A DNA stretch of 64,000 bases from Acidobacteriota bacterium (GTDB lineage: Bacteria > Acidobacteriota > CAIWXX01), in the NCBI GenBank assembly GCA_040755995.1, contig JBFMAF010000031.1:20375-84374 (forward strand), written 5' to 3'. Below are positions 25,819-34,205 of the stretch, piece by piece. The notes under the pieces are model-generated. The model was not told the origin of the DNA. It worked only from the letters and a program-made list of their open reading frames with translations, and did no database searches. Position 1 is the first letter of the stretch. Each line of letters starts with the position of its first letter. The position numbers and the translations under genes were made by a program.

Positions 25819-25941
25819 CGAGGTGGAGCTGGAGGTGCTCGGTTCAGTGCTTCCGGCCGGCGACTTTCACGTCCTTCCTACGAGGACACAACAGTGTTGG
25901 CGCGAAAGCCCCGAAGGCCGAGGAGGGTCTGACCCAGCCTG

Positions 25942-28476
25942 CTACTCCCCCCAACCGCCCCCGCCGGCGCTGGGTTTCTTCTTCGAGAGGCTCTTCTTCG
26001 CGGTGATCGTTTGTGAGTTGCCCTCGCCACCCGCCGCATCCACGAGATAGACTGTCATCTCGAACGACTTGTACCGAGTGCTGTACTTCTTGAAGCGATT
26101 CTCCCATTCGATCGTTCCGGTGGTCGTGCCGGTAATGGACTTCACCTTGGCGGGTATCGCGACCGACTGCCGGTATGTTCTTCCGTTGGACTTGTACTTG
26201 TAGGAAACCCTTATGCGACCTCCAGACAGGTCGCCGTTGGCATCGGAGTAGTCCAGAGAGAACGTGGCACGGCTCGACTTGATCGAGGACTTCTGCGCGA
26301 GATTCGAAATGGCCGGGGCATCATCGGCGGCCCCTTCCTTGAAGACCGCCGTCACCGACTTGTTCGCATCCATCGTGACGTTGATCGGATTGGTCGATCC
26401 CGTCACACTCCCCGTCCAGTAGTCGAACGAATAGCCGTCGGCGGAGGTGGCCCGCACGCTCACAACGCTGCCCGCCGCGTAAACACCGTAGTTGGGTGTC
26501 ACGGTGCCGGTACCCGCCGGCGAGATGTTGGTGCTGAGCGTGTATGTGGTGCCGCCACCGCCGTACGTGAAGTCGGCGTAGATGACCTTGTTCGAGTCGA
26601 TCGTGATGTTGATCGGATTCGCGTTGCCTGCGCTCGTACCGTTGACGTTCCACGCGGTGAACGAGTAGTTGGCAGCCGGTGTTGCTGTGAACGCGATGAC
26701 ACTTCCAGCAGCGTACCAGAGCGCGCCGGTCGGAGCCACTGTACCGCCGTTCGTCGGATTCGCGGAGGTGGCGACCGAGTACGCCAGGTCAAAGGCGGCT
26801 GTGAGCGTGACGCTCCCGGCAGGCATTGAATAGGTATACGCCCGATTCGTGCTCAACACTTGACCACCCGCGTCCCTCCAGCTGTTGAAGATGTAGCCGG
26901 TGTTGGCGGTGGCGACCAGTGCGAGCTGCGAACCTGGAGCAGCCTGCGTGGAGGTAGCCGACTTGCCGTTGATCGTGGTGGACCCGCCGCCTGCTGGGGC
27001 CAAGGTGATGGTCAGCGTAGGCCAAGAGGTGTTGTAGAAATTGGCCACGACGTTCTTCGCGCGGTCCATCGTGATTGTCTTCGGGTTCTCGGTGCCGGAC
27101 GCGTCACCGCTCCAGCCTGTGAACTGCCAGTCGGTGCTCGCCGGTGTTGCGGTGATCTGCACGTTCTCGCCCATGTCATACACAGACTTGTCCGGGTTCT
27201 TCGTCACGACACCGCCTTCGGTCGGGGAGGCCGATGCGATCAGCGTATTGGAGTTCGTCGCAGTGGCGCCCCATACATCTTCGTAGCTTAGGCGCCACTG
27301 GATGAAGTAGTTGTCCGCGCCGCGCGCGGCCACGTGCACCTGGTCGCCTCCGATCGACTGTACGATGACGGACGTCCCGTCAAGCACACCGGTGCTGCTG
27401 CAGGTGGCGGCCTTCAGGTTCCACTGGCCGCCGGCCGGGGCTTCGTACCAGCCCAGGACATAGCGCCCCCCGTCCCACCAGAGGTCGCCGGAGTGGACGT
27501 CGAAGGCCGATGCCAGAACCTTGCGGTCGATGAGGCCCGAGGGTCCCAGTCTGGCGAAGTACAACTTACCCGATGACACGAGATCCGACCACTGCCAAGC
27601 GGCGCCGAATTCGTTGTTCGTGGAATTGAAGTTGATGTGAGGGATGAGGTTGAGGGTGGACTCGCTCACCTGCACGGGACCTGTCTGGATGGTCAGGTCC
27701 GACTTCTTGATATAGACATAGTGGATATAGCGGTTGCTGCTGTATGTGTAGGCGATCCCGTACCCATTGGCGTCGGCCGCGATAGTAGGGCCGCTTGCAT
27801 TGGGGCCCCCGAACTGTGGGAGCTGCCAGAGCGCTGCCTCCCATTCCGGCATCGTCTGGATTGGTGCGGCCATCCAACCGAGGACGTTGCCGGCGTTGTC
27901 CATCGTGAGGAGGCGCAGGTCCCAGTTGGCCACGCCGGGCTGATAGTACCCGAACACCACTGCGTAGCGGTCGTATGCGCTGTCCCAGACGATATCGGGT
28001 CCGTCCGGCCGATAGGGGAAGGAGTTGGAGATGACGACGGGACTCGATTTCTCTCCGGTCTTCTTGACCCATGCGAACTCCAAAACGCTCGTCGTCCCGG
28101 TCGCATCGTACCTGACCCAGACCACGCCGAACTTGCCGCGATTCGCGTCGAATGCGACGCGCGGGTTCCCCTGGATGCCGCCGGCGTCGTTGCTGACCTG
28201 GTAGATTCCGATGGGCGCCCCGGGGTTGTTCGCATCCACGAACACAACCTTGATCCGGCTAGGGCCCGAATCCGTGTCGATTATCGTGATCGCGTAGACG
28301 CCGTCGGCGTAGATCATCGAATGTGAATGTAGGCCGTGTGATGAGCCCAATGCCTTGTCGACGACCTTGTATGGCGTTCCCACGGTGAGGGCTTGCAGGG
28401 GCGCCGGCGTCAACGATGCCACCGCAAGGATCAACCCGAACGTCACAAGTGACAAGAACACCGCCTGCTGCTTCAT
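25942..28476 (-). CDS. Large secreted protein: beta-propeller-like N-terminal half, four InlB B-repeat (Flg_new) domains, Lys/Gly-rich tail (start taken at MKQQAVFLSL)
   Basis: Signal peptide MKQQAVFLSLVTFGLILAVASLTPAPLQA. Blade-like motifs recur (FGVVWV, RYAVVFGY, YGIAYTY, FGAAWQW, RYVLGWY). There are four copies of the GG.V...P....Y..G..V...A.P..GY.F..W.G...G..NP..+TMD..K.V.A.F pattern. Confidence 0.75.
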   Translation of the reverse strand: MKQQAVFLSLVTFGLILAVASLTPAPLQALTVGTPYKVVDKALGSSHGLHSHSMIYADGVYAITIIDTDSGPSRIKVVFVDANNPGAPIGIYQVSNDAGGIQGNPRVAFDANRGKFGVVWVRYDATGTTSVLEFAWVKKTGEKSSPVVISNSFPYRPDGPDIVWDSAYDRYAVVFGYYQPGVANWDLRLLTMDNAGNVLGWMAAPIQTMPEWEAALWQLPQFGGPNASGPTIAADANGYGIAYTYSSNRYIHYVYIKKSDLTIQTGPVQVSESTLNLIPHINFNSTNNEFGAAWQWSDLVSSGKLYFARLGPSGLIDRKVLASAFDVHSGDLWWDGGRYVLGWYEAPAGGQWNLKAATCSSTGVLDGTSVIVQSIGGDQVHVAARGADNYFIQWRLSYEDVWGATATNSNTLIASASPTEGGVVTKNPDKSVYDMGENVQITATPASTDWQFTGWSGDASGTENPKTITMDRAKNVVANFYNTSWPTLTITLAPAGGGSTTINGKSATSTQAAPGSQLALVATANTGYIFNSWRDAGGQVLSTNRAYTYSMPAGSVTLTAAFDLAYSVATSANPTNGGTVAPTGALWYAAGSVIAFTATPAANYSFTAWNVNGTSAGNANPINITIDSNKVIYADFTYGGGGTTYTLSTNISPAGTGTVTPNYGVYAAGSVVSVRATSADGYSFDYWTGSVTGSTNPINVTMDANKSVTAVFKEGAADDAPAISNLAQKSSIKSSRATFSLDYSDANGDLSGGRIRVSYKYKSNGRTYRQSVAIPAKVKSITGTTTGTIEWENRFKKYSTRYKSFEMTVYLVDAAGGEGNSQTITAKKSLSKKKPSAGGGGWGE

Positions 28477-28509
28477 CTCACCGTACCTCCTCGAAGAGAT
28501 CCGGCGCGA

Positions 28510-28538
28510 AAAATACCACAAACGTCGACAAAAGTCAA
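28510..28538 (-). promoter_or_regulatory. Sigma70-like promoter dedicated to the large secreted protein
   Basis: Minus strand has TTGACT (28538-33), a 17-nt spacer and TATTTT (28515-10), followed by a GAGGAGG RBS and ATG 28476. Confidence 0.5.
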
Positions 28539-28595
28539 AAGAATCGCGGCCGATGTCGAGGCCTGCTGCGAACACAGCGCCGCTGGGGGGCGGCA

Positions 28596-29762
28596 TCATT
28601 CGGCCCGATCGAGAGAAGTCCGTTCTCGGGAAGACACCCAACGCCGCACGGCGTCAATCACGTGCGACTGATCGTCGATCGTAAGCTCGAAGTAGAACGG
28701 CAATCTCAGCAGGCGTGCGCTGACATCCTCGGTGACGGGACACGTCCCTTCGTGACCCCCGAAACGCCTCCCCATCCCCGACAGATGCAGCGGCAGGTAA
28801 TGGAAGACGCTGTGGACGCCATCGGCCCTCAGGTCCGCAATCAGAGAATCGCGATCGGCCTCGGAGCGTAGTAGCATGTAAAACATGTGATAGGGCTGCT
28901 CGCAGTGGCCCGGCACCACCGGCAGACGGATGCCCGTGTCACCGGCAATCGGCTGCAATGCAGAGTAATACCGCTCCCATATCTCGCGGCGTCTCGCCTG
29001 AATTCTGCCGCGCTGTTCGATCTGGGCCAGCAGAAACGCGGCAAGCATGTCGGACGGCAGGTAGCTGCTGCCGACATCCACCCACGTGTACTTATCCACC
29101 TCGCCTCGGAAGAACCTCGACCTGTTCGTCCCCTTCTCCCTGATGATCTCCGCGCGCTCGACCAGCGACGGGTCATTGATCAGCAAGGCACCCCCTTCGC
29201 CGCACGTCAAGTTCTTCGTCTCGTGGAAGCTGAGTGTCGCCAGTGAACCGAACGCGCCGAGCGGGCGGCCGCGGTACTTGCCGAACAGGCCATGGGCGTT
29301 GTCCTCGATCACGGCGATGCTGCGGCGGCTGGCAATGTCGATGATCGCATCCATCTCGCAGCCGACGCCGGCGTAGTGCACCACCACGACTGCCCGCGTG
29401 CGATCGGTCACGAGCCGTTCGAGCCCGGTCTCGTCGATATTCAGCGTGTCCGGCCTGATATCGGCGAACACCGGCCGCGCACCTCTCATGACGAACGCAT
29501 TCACTGTCGAGACGAATGTGAACGACGGAACGATGACTTCATCGCCCGTTTTGATGTCCAGCAGGATAGCCGCCATCTCGAGAGCATGCGTGCAAGAGGT
29601 CGTCAGCAGCGCTTTGCGCACGCCGAGCGTCTCCTCGAGCATCTTGTGGCAGCGCCTGGTGAACGGGCCGTCGCCCGAGATGTGCCCATTCTTGATGGCT
29701 TCAGCCACGTATCGCAACTCTTCTCCGACCACGGCTGCTCTGTTGAAGGGTATCCCGTGCAT
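28596..29762 (-). CDS. wecE: dTDP-4-amino-4,6-dideoxygalactose (4-keto-6-deoxyhexose) transaminase
   Basis: Near-colinear with my recollection of E. coli WecE: IPFN...GDG.FTRRC, PSFTFVSTVNAF, HYAGV.CEMD, FSFHETKN, IIREKGTNRS.FFRGEVDKYTW.D.GSSY, LRLP. Confidence 0.88.
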   Translation of the reverse strand: MHGIPFNRAAVVGEELRYVAEAIKNGHISGDGPFTRRCHKMLEETLGVRKALLTTSCTHALEMAAILLDIKTGDEVIVPSFTFVSTVNAFVMRGARPVFADIRPDTLNIDETGLERLVTDRTRAVVVVHYAGVGCEMDAIIDIASRRSIAVIEDNAHGLFGKYRGRPLGAFGSLATLSFHETKNLTCGEGGALLINDPSLVERAEIIREKGTNRSRFFRGEVDKYTWVDVGSSYLPSDMLAAFLLAQIEQRGRIQARRREIWERYYSALQPIAGDTGIRLPVVPGHCEQPYHMFYMLLRSEADRDSLIADLRADGVHSVFHYLPLHLSGMGRRFGGHEGTCPVTEDVSARLLRLPFYFELTIDDQSHVIDAVRRWVSSRERTSLDRAE

Positions 29763-29804
29763 GGCCGTCAGAGCATACCCGCAGTCGAAGCGTGCGACAA
29801 GTGC

Positions 29805-30650
29805 TTATGCGTGCTTGCGCGCGACCGCCAGCAGCGAGGTGCCCCGTCCGAACGATAGCAACCCGATCGACCGCCATTCGGCCGCCAGCACCGTCTTCAG
29901 GATCCGGTTGGCCAGTGGGCCGACTGAGAACTCCGCAGCAGTGTCCGCCACGCGGCGGTTCCGGCGAAGGCGTGCGCTCAGGTAGGCGAGCGGCCAGAGC
30001 GTCCTGAAGAGCGGCACCATCAGCTCGATCTCCAGCGCTGCTGCTCGAAGAAGGCTCCGGAGCGTCTTCGGCCTGTAACGGCGATAGTGCCCCGCGTATA
30101 CGTCCAGATGGCTCCACAATGAAGGCCATGCCGGTACAGTGAGAGCCAGCAGCCCCCCCGCGACTAGAGTGGCAGCACATTCACGAACGAACTTCATGTC
30201 ATCTTCGACGTGTTCGATCACATCGAACGCTCCGACCAGCGAGAAGGTCGACTTGAAGGGCATCGGGATGCCCGTTGTCACTACCACGCTCGCGATACCA
30301 GTCAGCGCACGCGCCGACAGCACCTCGCGAATGCTCGCGTCGGCGCCCACCTTGTATCGGCCCGGCAGGACAGGCAGCAGATATCCGTCCCCACACCCGA
30401 TCTCGAGGGTGCGGCCCTCGCTCTGAGGCATCAGGCGATGGAGGACTTCTTGCAGCGCGCGCTTCCGCGTCTCGAACCAGAAATGACCTTCACGAATGGC
30501 GCGGAACGCGGCGTGAGCATCCTCGGGGAATTGCCCACCTTCTCCGGAGCGGGGTGCCGGCGCCTCGCCCCTACGGCCAGAAATGATAGTAGTACTCCTG
30601 CTTCTCGATCGAAAATCCGCACTTCGCGTAGAGGCGATTCGCCCCTGCAT
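29805..30650 (-). CDS. Class I SAM-dependent methyltransferase (start uncertain; the track ORF overlaps the upstream gene by 80 nt)
   Basis: An HFWFE motif is followed by LEIGCGDGYLL (motif I) and FDVIEHVEDD. Confidence 0.7.
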   Translation of the reverse strand: MQGRIASTRSADFRSRSRSTTIISGRRGEAPAPRSGEGGQFPEDAHAAFRAIREGHFWFETRKRALQEVLHRLMPQSEGRTLEIGCGDGYLLPVLPGRYKVGADASIREVLSARALTGIASVVVTTGIPMPFKSTFSLVGAFDVIEHVEDDMKFVRECAATLVAGGLLALTVPAWPSLWSHLDVYAGHYRRYRPKTLRSLLRAAALEIELMVPLFRTLWPLAYLSARLRRNRRVADTAAEFSVGPLANRILKTVLAAEWRSIGLLSFGRGTSLLAVARKHA

Positions 30651-31389
30651 TCGAGCCCTGTGTCACCACCTGTACTCGTTCGAGATTGTTCCGGGCAAAC
30701 CAGCGCAGCGCCGCACGCACCAAGGCCTCGCCGAGCTTCCTCCCGCGCCACTCCCGGTCTACCGCGACCAGCCCGATGTCCCCTCGCGAACCCTTCCGTC
30801 CGACCGTGATCATGCCGGTGATTGCACCGCCGCTTGCCGCAACGAGGACGTCGTCTGCGAGGGTCTTGTCCACCGATTTCTTGATCCAGATGGTGTACAG
30901 CTCCTCAAACTTGTTTCTCGGTATGAGCGGGTCGACGGCAAAGCGCGAGTGCTCGCCGGCCTGAATCGCCAGTGAGATCAGGTCGGGGCTCGCAGCATCG
31001 ATTCCGTACGATCGGATCCCGAACGTTGCGCCCGCCTCAGTGATCACATCACGGCTCAGGTCGATCGCGTAGGTGGTCTTCACGTCCACAAGCCGTCCGT
31101 TGTGGCTCTGCAGAACCGGATCACGTTGCTCGATTGCCGAGGAAGTGGGCCAGTAGATCAGCTTTGCACCCGTCTGCGCGAGCGCGCGGAGGATTCGGGA
31201 GAGGGGCCGATGGCTCAACACGGGACAGGTGATCCGCGCCACTGGAAACCCAAAGAACTCGGAGTCCCATTTCAGGATCTCGCAATCCTGCCAGCCGGCG
31301 CCATCGGTCGGGCAGACGCTCATCTGCGCCCCATCGCCGCCCTTGTTGCCGGCCGGTGCGGAGGGTACGTCATCGACGGGACGGCTCAT
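30571..31389 (-). CDS. wecD: GNAT acetyltransferase resembling dTDP-fucosamine acetyltransferase
   Basis: The WDSEFFGFPVARI N-terminal motif (W.N.FFG in WecD), SRF, the GNAT core GLVAVDREWRGRKLGEAL and a C-terminal QVVTQGSNAGANRLYAKCGF. The ATG shares one base with the GT2 stop (TGATG). Confidence 0.65.
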   Translation of the reverse strand: MSRPVDDVPSAPAGNKGGDGAQMSVCPTDGAGWQDCEILKWDSEFFGFPVARITCPVLSHRPLSRILRALAQTGAKLIYWPTSSAIEQRDPVLQSHNGRLVDVKTTYAIDLSRDVITEAGATFGIRSYGIDAASPDLISLAIQAGEHSRFAVDPLIPRNKFEELYTIWIKKSVDKTLADDVLVAASGGAITGMITVGRKGSRGDIGLVAVDREWRGRKLGEALVRAALRWFARNNLERVQVVTQGSNAGANRLYAKCGFSIEKQEYYYHFWP

Positions 31390-32348
31390 CAACGTGTGAC
31401 GGGGTCACGATCGACCGTGTGGTCCGGTGTTTCAGCACCGATCACATACGGCGGCCGCTGCATGCTGCGGAAGTGCACGCGCGCGAGGTACTCGCCGATA
31501 ATGCCCAGCGCGAACAGCTGGGCGCCGGAGAACAGGGCGATGATGGACGCGAGAAACGCGAATCCCGGCACCGCGGCGCCTTGGATTAGATAACGGCCAA
31601 GGACATATGCAAGCACGAAGCCGCCGAATATGGTGAATGCGAACCCGACGAGGCTGGCAATCTGCAGCGGTCTGGTGCTGAATCCGGTAACCATGTTGAG
31701 CGTGTGCCGGATGAGCATCCGCAGCGTGTAGTTGGACCGGCCGACCCTCCTGGGCTCGCGGTGCACCCTCGCCGACGAGAACTTCGTCGTTCCCCACGTA
31801 AGAAGCACGTCCATGTTGACGAATGCGCCGTGGTAGTCGGCGAATGCGTCTCGGACGCAGGTCCGGAACGCACGAAAGGCCCCGACGTCCCGGGCAGTCG
31901 CGACCCCCATCGTGCTCTTCAGCGCGGCCTTCGTCACCACAGACGCGAGGTCCCGCCAGAGACCATGCCGTTCCTTCTCCGGAACGCCGTACACGACGTC
32001 CTGCCCCTCGCCGAGCCTCTCGATCAGCCCCCGAATCTCCGACGGGGGATGTTGTAGATCGTCATCCATCGTTACCGTGATCTCGTAGCTCGCCTTTCGA
32101 ATGCCGCACAGCAAGGCACTGTGCTGGCCGGCGTTCTTCGCGAGTCGGACGCCTCGAACCCACGCGTGTCGCGACGCCAAATCCTGGATGGCCGCCCAGC
32201 TTCCGTCGGCACTCCCGTCATCCACCAGTATCGCTTCGTACGCTGAGCTGACCGTGGGCAGCACCTCTCCGAGCTGGCGAACGAGCTCCCCGATCGTGGC
32301 CTCGCCGTTGTAGACGGGGATGACCACGGAGATCCTATTCTTCATCAT
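31389..32348 (-). CDS. GT2 polyprenyl-phosphate glycosyltransferase (ArnC/GtrB/Dpm1-like)
   Basis: ISVVIPVYNGE, VDDGSADGS, MDDDLQHPP and RSNYTL, plus two C-terminal TM helices, give the ArnC/GtrB family layout. Confidence 0.85.
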   Translation of the reverse strand: MMKNRISVVIPVYNGEATIGELVRQLGEVLPTVSSAYEAILVDDGSADGSWAAIQDLASRHAWVRGVRLAKNAGQHSALLCGIRKASYEITVTMDDDLQHPPSEIRGLIERLGEGQDVVYGVPEKERHGLWRDLASVVTKAALKSTMGVATARDVGAFRAFRTCVRDAFADYHGAFVNMDVLLTWGTTKFSSARVHREPRRVGRSNYTLRMLIRHTLNMVTGFSTRPLQIASLVGFAFTIFGGFVLAYVLGRYLIQGAAVPGFAFLASIIALFSGAQLFALGIIGEYLARVHFRSMQRPPYVIGAETPDHTVDRDPVTR

Positions 32349-32479
32349 CTATACTCGATCGCAATCTATACTCGATCGCTCCGGCCCTCAACGCACCGTA
32401 CCCGTCCTCCCAGGCTCTATCTACCACACTTGGGCGACCCGCGAAAGCACTGCACCACCACCGGCCATCCGGCCCGTTC

Positions 32480-34138
32480 ATGCTAGAATCTCACACCATG
32501 GCCAGCGGGAAGGCGGCAGGTTACTTCGCCCTTTGCGTAGCGGCGAACTCAGCCGCGCTCTGGTTACTGGCCGTGCCGTTCGCGGATATCTGGTTCAGCA
32601 CCGACGAAGGCCTTTACGCCTACCAGGCCCAACGGATACTCGACGGACAGGTGATCTACAGGGACTTCTTCCAGGCCATCATGCCAGGCTACTTCTTCAT
32701 GCTTGCTGGCTGGATGAAGGTCGCCGGAATGGGAGTGGCATCTTTGAGGGCCTTCATGATCCTGCTGATGCTCGCCACCTCGATCGCCATCTACCTCGCC
32801 TCCAGGCGCCTCGGCGTGCCGACTCTTCTCAGCATTGTGCCGGCTCTCACGTTCAGTGTGCTCAGGAGCCGATACAACTTCGAGCTGAATCACTACGCAC
32901 CCAATCTCCTCTTCGAGACAGCCACGCTGAGTCTTGTCTGTTCGCAGGCCTTGCGGCCCGCCCGCTGGAAGCTGGCTCTCGCGGGGACGCTCGTATCCGC
33001 TGACGTCCTGACGACGCAGCACGTGGGCGCCCACCTGCTCATCGGAACTATCTTCAGCGTCGTGTTCCTGTCAGTGGTCACTCGGCAGAACGCCTGGCGT
33101 GAGATGCTGTCGTTCATCGAAGGCGCACTGCCGCTGCCGATCGCCTACCTTGGTTACGCAGTACACACCGGGTCCCTTGCCGCCATGTTCCGGTGCACTG
33201 TTCTCTGGGTCTTCAGCCACTACACGAGGTTCGACACGCAGGACTACTGGTACTACTGGGTGAGGCTGACATGGCGCCTTTTCACAGAGAACCCAGGCGC
33301 CGGAACGGCCCATGATTTCGCGCTGGGAGTCGTCGAGAGCTTCGCCGCCCCGGCAGCAGTCCTGATCAGCGCCGTCTGGCTTCTGCGGCTGTGGCGGGTA
33401 TCGGGGACGCTCGACGATTCGCAACGCGCCTTCGGCGCTGCAGCGTTGATCGCAGCTTCCATGTACGCTTGCATCTACGCCGCTCCCAACAGCATTATCA
33501 GCCGCGTTTCCCTCACCGGATATCTGCTCGCCTACGCGCTGGTGCACCGCGTCTACTCGCAATGGCGCAGGCCTTGCCCGCGATTGGGCCTTCGTGGTGG
33601 GCTGGTGCCCGGAGGCGTCGCCGCACTCCTCCTGCTGGCAGTTCCGCTTAGAACCGCCAGGGTATTCGGAAACATCCTGCTGCAACACAGCACTATGCAG
33701 ACGACCACTTACAGAACGGCCCACGGGCCCATCCGGCTGCCAGTTGAATCCGACACGGGCCAGCTCGATGTGCTCTCATTCCTCGCCAGGAACGCAACGC
33801 CAGCGGAATTCGTCTATGCCGCGAACTGGTCGCCCTGGGTGTACTACCTCGGCGGCTATCGCAACCCAGGAACCACGGAGTACCTCCTGCCGTACTTCAC
33901 CACCGATGCCACCGTTCGGGAGACGGTCAGAATTCTAGACAGCACCCGCACCCGATGGCTGGTCCAGGACAGCATCGTTCGCCGCGGCCTCGAACACAAC
34001 GACGGAAGGCTGCAGTCGTTGAGCGAGCTGCTCATGCAGCAATGGCAATTCAACCGGTACCGCGATTCGAGCTACACCGTCGCAGTGGTCTTCGGAGACT
34101 ACACGATCTACCGGAGAAAGGAGACGGCGCCCGAGTAG
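32480..34138 (+). CDS. Polytopic membrane protein, GT-C-like (ArnT/PMT_2-like)
   Basis: The first-loop motif STDEGLYAYQAQRILDGQVIYRDFF is typical of the GT39/83-like families. About 11 TM segments and a soluble C-terminal domain of about 130 aa. Confidence 0.55.
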   Translation: MLESHTMASGKAAGYFALCVAANSAALWLLAVPFADIWFSTDEGLYAYQAQRILDGQVIYRDFFQAIMPGYFFMLAGWMKVAGMGVASLRAFMILLMLATSIAIYLASRRLGVPTLLSIVPALTFSVLRSRYNFELNHYAPNLLFETATLSLVCSQALRPARWKLALAGTLVSADVLTTQHVGAHLLIGTIFSVVFLSVVTRQNAWREMLSFIEGALPLPIAYLGYAVHTGSLAAMFRCTVLWVFSHYTRFDTQDYWYYWVRLTWRLFTENPGAGTAHDFALGVVESFAAPAAVLISAVWLLRLWRVSGTLDDSQRAFGAAALIAASMYACIYAAPNSIISRVSLTGYLLAYALVHRVYSQWRRPCPRLGLRGGLVPGGVAALLLLAVPLRTARVFGNILLQHSTMQTTTYRTAHGPIRLPVESDTGQLDVLSFLARNATPAEFVYAANWSPWVYYLGGYRNPGTTEYLLPYFTTDATVRETVRILDSTRTRWLVQDSIVRRGLEHNDGRLQSLSELLMQQWQFNRYRDSSYTVAVVFGDYTIYRRKETAPE

Positions 34139-34205
34139 CGATTCAAGAACCGGTACGCACGGCAGCCGCATCGAGATATCGCGGACCAGTTGGTCAGTGG
34201 ATCTC

